From the IMG/VR virus record IMGVR_UViG_3300047564_005375, positions 2,847 through 66,846 of that record: 64,000 nt of DNA; one strand, 5' to 3'. Position numbers and translations under genes: made by a program. Positions 59,515-64,000 of the stretch are shown here, one piece after another; the first letter of the stretch is position 1, and each line of letters starts with the position of its first letter. A model generated the notes under the pieces. That model searched no databases and was not told the DNA's origin. It saw only the letters and a list, made by a program, of their open reading frames with translations. This stretch comes from a virus.

Positions 59515-61182
59515 TTAGGACTCTTTTCTTAACCCCGCATCATAAAACTCAAATCTGTCATGTTCCGTGGGGGTAATCATCATTAAACCTGGTTTGATGT
59601 TACCCGCCTTAGTTTCTTGGAAGATGTAACTCATCCAAGTTTGTTCGAAAGGTCTTTCCCATTTGGTTGTTAGGAACATTTTTTCATTACCATACTTAGA
59701 AACCACTTGGGGCCAATTACAATAATAAACTTCACCAATTGAGAACGGGATTCCCTTATAGGAAAACATTTGATTAAACTTAGTTCTCGGAGCATTTGGG
59801 TCTAAACCTTGTACGGGTAACGTTGGCTTTTCAGGCCAGTACTCCTCTCTTTTGTGTTGAGGTACGTTATACCATGACCATTGAACTCCATTATCACCAT
59901 AAAATTCGGAGTAATTCAATTTGATAAAGTCCAAAGAATTATTTTTGGTAATCTCAAGAGATTTGTTATAAATGTCGGTCACGTGTCTGTTGAAACCGTT
60001 TCTACAAACTTGGTCTTGCCCTTTGTAAAAAAACATATCATCTTCAAAGAACCAATAGAAATCGAAATCATTTTCTTGAGCATGTTCAGCAATCCATTGT
60101 CTACCCCCACAAATACCTAAGTTATCTTTTTTGATATGTTCAAAATTATATTGATTACAAAGTTCTAAGTATTTTTCTGTGGTAGACAAATCAGAGGAAT
60201 TGTCCAACAAGAATTTTTTTGGTTTGTCAAGAAAATTTCGGTCGTAAATTTCCATCGACTTCATTAGTGTCTCAAATTGATTCGGACTGTTGAAGGTAAT
60301 GACATAAAGTGCTGTGTTCTCAATATTCAATTTATTGTAATTCGAAACACCATTAACATTTTTTAAAACGTGTTTGTCGTTTTTTAAATCTTCACAAAAC
60401 TTTCCAATTAGACCATTATCCTCAATCTCGTAGTAATCAAACATATCAGAGTGTCTGTACAACATAATACTAAAAAGAGATTCTTCAGTGCCCATGTATC
60501 CTTCATTGAGTGTGGATTGTAACACGTTGTAGTAAATCCCATTTACATCACCGATAACACTTTTACTACCACCAAACAAACCTCCTCTACAAACTAACTT
60601 TACATCGGAACCTGCGTATTGATTAATCTTAGGATATGTGAATCCATGAATCTCGGTTTCCGCTTTATAAGGAAATGCAATAAACCCAAACTTAGAAAAT
60701 AATTTATCAAATTTGTTTTGTATTTTATCATGAGTGAAGTAACCCCAATGTACAGTGTTTGTAATTCCGGCATCAATCCAATACATGTATTGGGAATTGA
60801 ATTGGTCCATTATACGAGCATCATTTAACAAAAACATTTTTGACATCACAAGTGGATTGTACATTTCCAACTTAGCTTGTGTTGATTCCGGTAACCAACC
60901 AGACTGATTGTACCAAGAGGGATTCGTTCTTATTTTTTGAATTTTGTCGTATATGTCATTTTTGAACCAATCCTGAGACCGAGGTATAAATTGAGTGTTT
61001 TCTCTACTTCTTCTTTCGAAAACAAAACTTTCCAACTCGGGGTCTCCAAAAATAATCATGTTATTTTCCACTTTAAGAAGTTGGTCAAACTTTTCTAAGT
61101 AGTGTTCAAAACTCCTTGACCAACCTTCTGTCAAAGAATCTCTTTTGATATTCCATAAACCTGTAACTAATGTAACTGACAT
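59515..61182 (-). CDS. Two-domain glycosyltransferase (HtrL/WlaTC-like plus GT-A-like domain)
   Basis: VTLVTGLWNIKR...WIDAG...GGLFGG...TEES; second domain has LDNSSD, GICGGRQW and FFEDD. Confidence 0.75.
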   Translation of the reverse strand: MSVTLVTGLWNIKRDSLTEGWSRSFEHYLEKFDQLLKVENNMIIFGDPELESFVFERRSRENTQFIPRSQDWFKNDIYDKIQKIRTNPSWYNQSGWLPESTQAKLEMYNPLVMSKMFLLNDARIMDQFNSQYMYWIDAGITNTVHWGYFTHDKIQNKFDKLFSKFGFIAFPYKAETEIHGFTYPKINQYAGSDVKLVCRGGLFGGSKSVIGDVNGIYYNVLQSTLNEGYMGTEESLFSIMLYRHSDMFDYYEIEDNGLIGKFCEDLKNDKHVLKNVNGVSNYNKLNIENTALYVITFNSPNQFETLMKSMEIYDRNFLDKPKKFLLDNSSDLSTTEKYLELCNQYNFEHIKKDNLGICGGRQWIAEHAQENDFDFYWFFEDDMFFYKGQDQVCRNGFNRHVTDIYNKSLEITKNNSLDFIKLNYSEFYGDNGVQWSWYNVPQHKREEYWPEKPTLPVQGLDPNAPRTKFNQMFSYKGIPFSIGEVYYCNWPQVVSKYGNEKMFLTTKWERPFEQTWMSYIFQETKAGNIKPGLMMITPTEHDRFEFYDAGLRKES

Positions 61183-61183
61183 A

Positions 61184-61816
61184 TTAATATTTCTTTTTAC
61201 AAACCCATACAACCGATTCAAAAATCTCACGATTGTAATCGACTAAGTTATTTTCTTGAGAGCAAGATAGAATGTCAGATTCTGATAGTTCGTGCCAATT
61301 CCAAATTTTTTGATAAACAGATTCCTCGAAAACTTGTCTGTTAAAGGCGTAGTCATGTCCTAAGATGTAATCACCACGTTTCAAAAACTTGGACAACAAA
61401 TTAAATTCCCTTACTTTGTCACCTCCATCACAGAGAACAATAGTGACCCCATCTCCTTGAATAAAATCTTTGTATTCTTGAGGAATCTCTTGGAAGTTAT
61501 CCAAAAAGATGTTTTCTAACCTTAGGTCGACACCCATCTCAATTATGTCTGAGTACCAATGCTTTTCATGAATGTCCAAAGAAATAATGTGAGTGTCTAA
61601 TCCTAAATTATCACATGTGTATTTAAGAAATTGGGTAAACCCTCCAATCGAAGTCCCAATTTCCAAAATTCTTTTTGGTTTAACGTTTTGAATGAAGTTA
61701 TGAAAAACTTCGAACGCTTTGTAGTTTTGTTGTGCTGCCCAACCGTTGTAAGTTGAAATACTATCGTTGTGTTCCAAGTTACATTTTTTATAAACTTTGT
61801 CTTCAAATTCCATCAT
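61184..61816 (-). CDS. Class I SAM-dependent methyltransferase
   Basis: ILEIGTSIGG; LCDGG; GHDY. Confidence 0.8.
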   Translation of the reverse strand: MMEFEDKVYKKCNLEHNDSISTYNGWAAQQNYKAFEVFHNFIQNVKPKRILEIGTSIGGFTQFLKYTCDNLGLDTHIISLDIHEKHWYSDIIEMGVDLRLENIFLDNFQEIPQEYKDFIQGDGVTIVLCDGGDKVREFNLLSKFLKRGDYILGHDYAFNRQVFEESVYQKIWNWHELSESDILSCSQENNLVDYNREIFESVVWVCKKKY

Positions 61817-62705
61817 TACATAAATTATTAATTTTTTTCAACAAATTGTAGTTGTTAAAGTATTTTTGTTTTATTTTTATTACCTCAGGTAACATTTTTT
61901 CATAGAGGTCCTCCGCATTAGTTTCAATATGGTTAATTAAATCTAAACATTGTTTGTGGTTTGTTACATCTTCGAAAACAAAATAGCCACACTCGGGATA
62001 CAACTCCTTTAAGTTAGTACACCCAAAGTAAATTGGGACGGTATTATAAAGTATTGAGTCGTAAAATTTTTCTGTAATCCAATTTTTAGTAAATTGATTT
62101 TCTAAAGCAATACTGAATCGGTAAGATTCAACGGCATGTTTTTTTTCGGGTTCATTTTTAATTTCCCAACCAGCATAGAAATCAATAAATGGGGCATTGT
62201 GAATTAAAAATTGATTCAAGTCATGACGACTTCTGTAAGCACAACCCTCAGGGTTTACGTCCTCTGAATTCAATTTTGTAATTACTGAAGAAATGTTCTT
62301 TGTCTTAACAGGATTGACGCTGATTAAAGTTTCGTAATTCCAATCCTCCTCTTTATCCATCCAAGGACCACGACCACCATAATAGGTATGGGCGGGTGAT
62401 TCAACACAAAGTTCTGATGGGTTGTAAAATTTTTTGTCAAATCCAAAAACTGTTATGTCTTGGTTGGTAGGGAAATTTAATTGATGAGAGCCCGCCCAAG
62501 TAGGTTCGTGAGGAAATACAAATACCTTTGAGCCCTTCTTAATTGGTAAATTAATGTGATTGAAAAAAACAATCACATCATATGAATCATCATATACAAA
62601 TTCCACATTAGAGGTGTCTCTTTCGTCTGTTTTGAATTGATACAACAATCTTTTGGTAAGATTTTCAGAAGTATCCCAATTTGCAGATATTCTTACTTTT
62701 TTCAT
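61803..62705 (-). CDS. GT10-family (alpha-1,3-fucosyltransferase-like) glycosyltransferase
   Basis: YRFSIALEN...WITEKFYDSILYNTVPIYFG. Confidence 0.85.
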   Translation of the reverse strand: MKKVRISANWDTSENLTKRLLYQFKTDERDTSNVEFVYDDSYDVIVFFNHINLPIKKGSKVFVFPHEPTWAGSHQLNFPTNQDITVFGFDKKFYNPSELCVESPAHTYYGGRGPWMDKEEDWNYETLISVNPVKTKNISSVITKLNSEDVNPEGCAYRSRHDLNQFLIHNAPFIDFYAGWEIKNEPEKKHAVESYRFSIALENQFTKNWITEKFYDSILYNTVPIYFGCTNLKELYPECGYFVFEDVTNHKQCLDLINHIETNAEDLYEKMLPEVIKIKQKYFNNYNLLKKINNLCNDGI

Positions 62706-63349
62706 ATCGGTTTTTTGATTGACGATTTTTTATTTTGAAAAAGAATATCTACCTGAATCAAATCCAAATTGTTGAGTCTATGGAACTCCAATATTTCATA
62801 GATGTCAAATTTTTCTCTTAGGTACTCGACAACATCCCCAATCATACATCCACCGATATTCCATTCAACCAAAGAACATTCGATTTCTATAAACTCAACA
62901 TCATCTAACATTTCGCCCAACCCGTTCATTATAATAATTTCAGAACCTTGTGTATCTAACTTAAGTAAATCGATTTTCTGAATTCCGTGTTTCTCACAAA
63001 GTGTCTTCAAAGTTACTGACACCCTTTTTTCCTCAACTAAACGGTCACCTTCATAATGAAGAGTATTTTCTCTGAACAAAGAATCACCGGTACAATGACC
63101 TTCGACTTTCTTAAAAAAAATAACTTCTTTACCATCTTGGTCAGACAATACTTGTACCTCTCCAATGTTAACATGAGGAAAACTACCGTTCTGATTCCAA
63201 TCATTCGCGTCTACACCCATTATAGTAGTTGTGGGAAATGTAGAACGTATTGAAGCACTCCATTCACCATGACAAGCACCTCCGTCAATTGATATATTTG
63301 GGTTGAACCCAAACTCTTTTAATCTATTGTAAACTAATGAACGGTACAT
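62702..63349 (-). CDS. FkbM-family methyltransferase
   Basis: IDGGACHGEW; IDLLKLDTQGSE; QVDILF. Confidence 0.85.
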   Translation of the reverse strand: MYRSLVYNRLKEFGFNPNISIDGGACHGEWSASIRSTFPTTTIMGVDANDWNQNGSFPHVNIGEVQVLSDQDGKEVIFFKKVEGHCTGDSLFRENTLHYEGDRLVEEKRVSVTLKTLCEKHGIQKIDLLKLDTQGSEIIIMNGLGEMLDDVEFIEIECSLVEWNIGGCMIGDVVEYLREKFDIYEILEFHRLNNLDLIQVDILFQNKKSSIKKPI

Positions 63350-64000
63350 TAAATCTTAACCTTTTCCCAATTGTTAGCGTTAAATCCAACTTTCAGGATT
63401 TGTATTTGATTTCCCCATCCCATTTCACCCATGTTGATTCCTGCCAAATGAGCCGATACACCGATTTCGAATGCCTCCATGTCGTAAGTTATTGGATGAT
63501 TTTCATCTTGAGTTTCAAACTGAGTGCAGAAGTTCTCAAAATGTTTTGCCATTTCAGATAATCGTTCATTATTCTTAACCAAAAAAACGTGTTCCGAAGG
63601 TAATTTAGCACCACTCCATTCAGGGTGTATTCCATAGAATAAAAACTTAGCGTTAAACAACGGTTTGGGCCAACTGTTGAAGTCCGTAGTTTCTTTAAAT
63701 TCTTTTTCAGCCCAATCATATGTTGCGTCAGTTCTCAAAGCAACCATATCATAACCAAGACTTTCCCAATGATTAATCATTCGGTCAACGTCCTCTATAT
63801 TAACTTCCTCTGTAAAACCTGCGTCACAATCCATATAGAGGACGTAGTCATACGATGAATCGACATCTTTGATTGCCGAAAATTTCAAAAGTTGGTTGAA
63901 CGCTCCAACATGAGTTTTATGGTTTTCCAATTTGTCTTCTTTTATGAAAACTCTACCATTTGGGTTTGATACATCCTCAAACAAATCAGGACGGTTAGTC
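63349..64000 (-). CDS. Probable glycosyltransferase (DxD motif), N-terminus beyond the window edge
   Basis: YDYVLYMDCDA; reading frame is open to the window end. Confidence 0.6.
   Translation of the reverse strand, partial: TNRPDLFEDVSNPNGRVFIKEDKLENHKTHVGAFNQLLKFSAIKDVDSSYDYVLYMDCDAGFTEEVNIEDVDRMINHWESLGYDMVALRTDATYDWAEKEFKETTDFNSWPKPLFNAKFLFYGIHPEWSGAKLPSEHVFLVKNNERLSEMAKHFENFCTQFETQDENHPITYDMEAFEIGVSAHLAGINMGEMGWGNQIQILKVGFNANNWEKVKI

Noticed and set aside
1-64000. Numerous 60-155 aa ORFs nested in or antisense to long genes
   Set aside because: They overlap well-supported genes and carry no recognisable motifs.
1-64000. Stop-codon reassignment as in some large phages
   Set aside because: Long ORFs are intact in code 11, and TAA, TAG and TGA all end genes at plausible positions.
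1-64000. CRISPR array, tRNA, rRNA, IS element or DGR repeats
   Set aside because: Intergenic gaps are short and contain only promoters and terminators; no spaced repeats, cloverleafs, transposase or reverse transcriptase were seen.

Overview
A 64 kb, AT-rich, densely coded segment of a large T4-like contractile-tailed (myovirus-type, probably jumbo) bacteriophage using the standard genetic code. It holds a long minus-strand tail/baseplate region (SprB-repeat and Pro/Thr-rich fibre-like proteins, gp7/gp6/gp25/gp53-like wedge proteins, giant hub and tube-initiator proteins, tape measure, chaperone, tube, sheath, neck/terminator proteins). A replication block interrupts it (ssDNA-binding protein, RecA/UvsX, 5'-3' exonuclease, DnaB, NrdB with ATP-cone, NrdA). 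There is also a plus-strand cluster (SET, frameshift-split SNF2 helicase, SOD fusion, neck protein), a family B DNA polymerase, and a glycosyltransferase/methyltransferase cluster at the right end. SprB repeats, a Flavobacterium-type class Id RNR and the lack of obvious Shine-Dalgarno sites point to a Bacteroidota host (inference). Main leads: (1) a Mn-SOD fused to a PD-(D/E)XK-like domain under a late promoter with putative prohead-protease sites; (2) a TATTTAT late-promoter motif before 13 genes; (3) a candidate +1 UUU_CGC frameshift making the G/GT tail chaperone; (4) a stand-alone HsdS-like fragment; (5) an OmpA-like peptidoglycan-binding domain inside a tail-tube initiator; (6) a putative virion glycosylation system; (7) a coupled SET-SNF2 pair. 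All product calls come from motif recognition by eye; no database searches were run.
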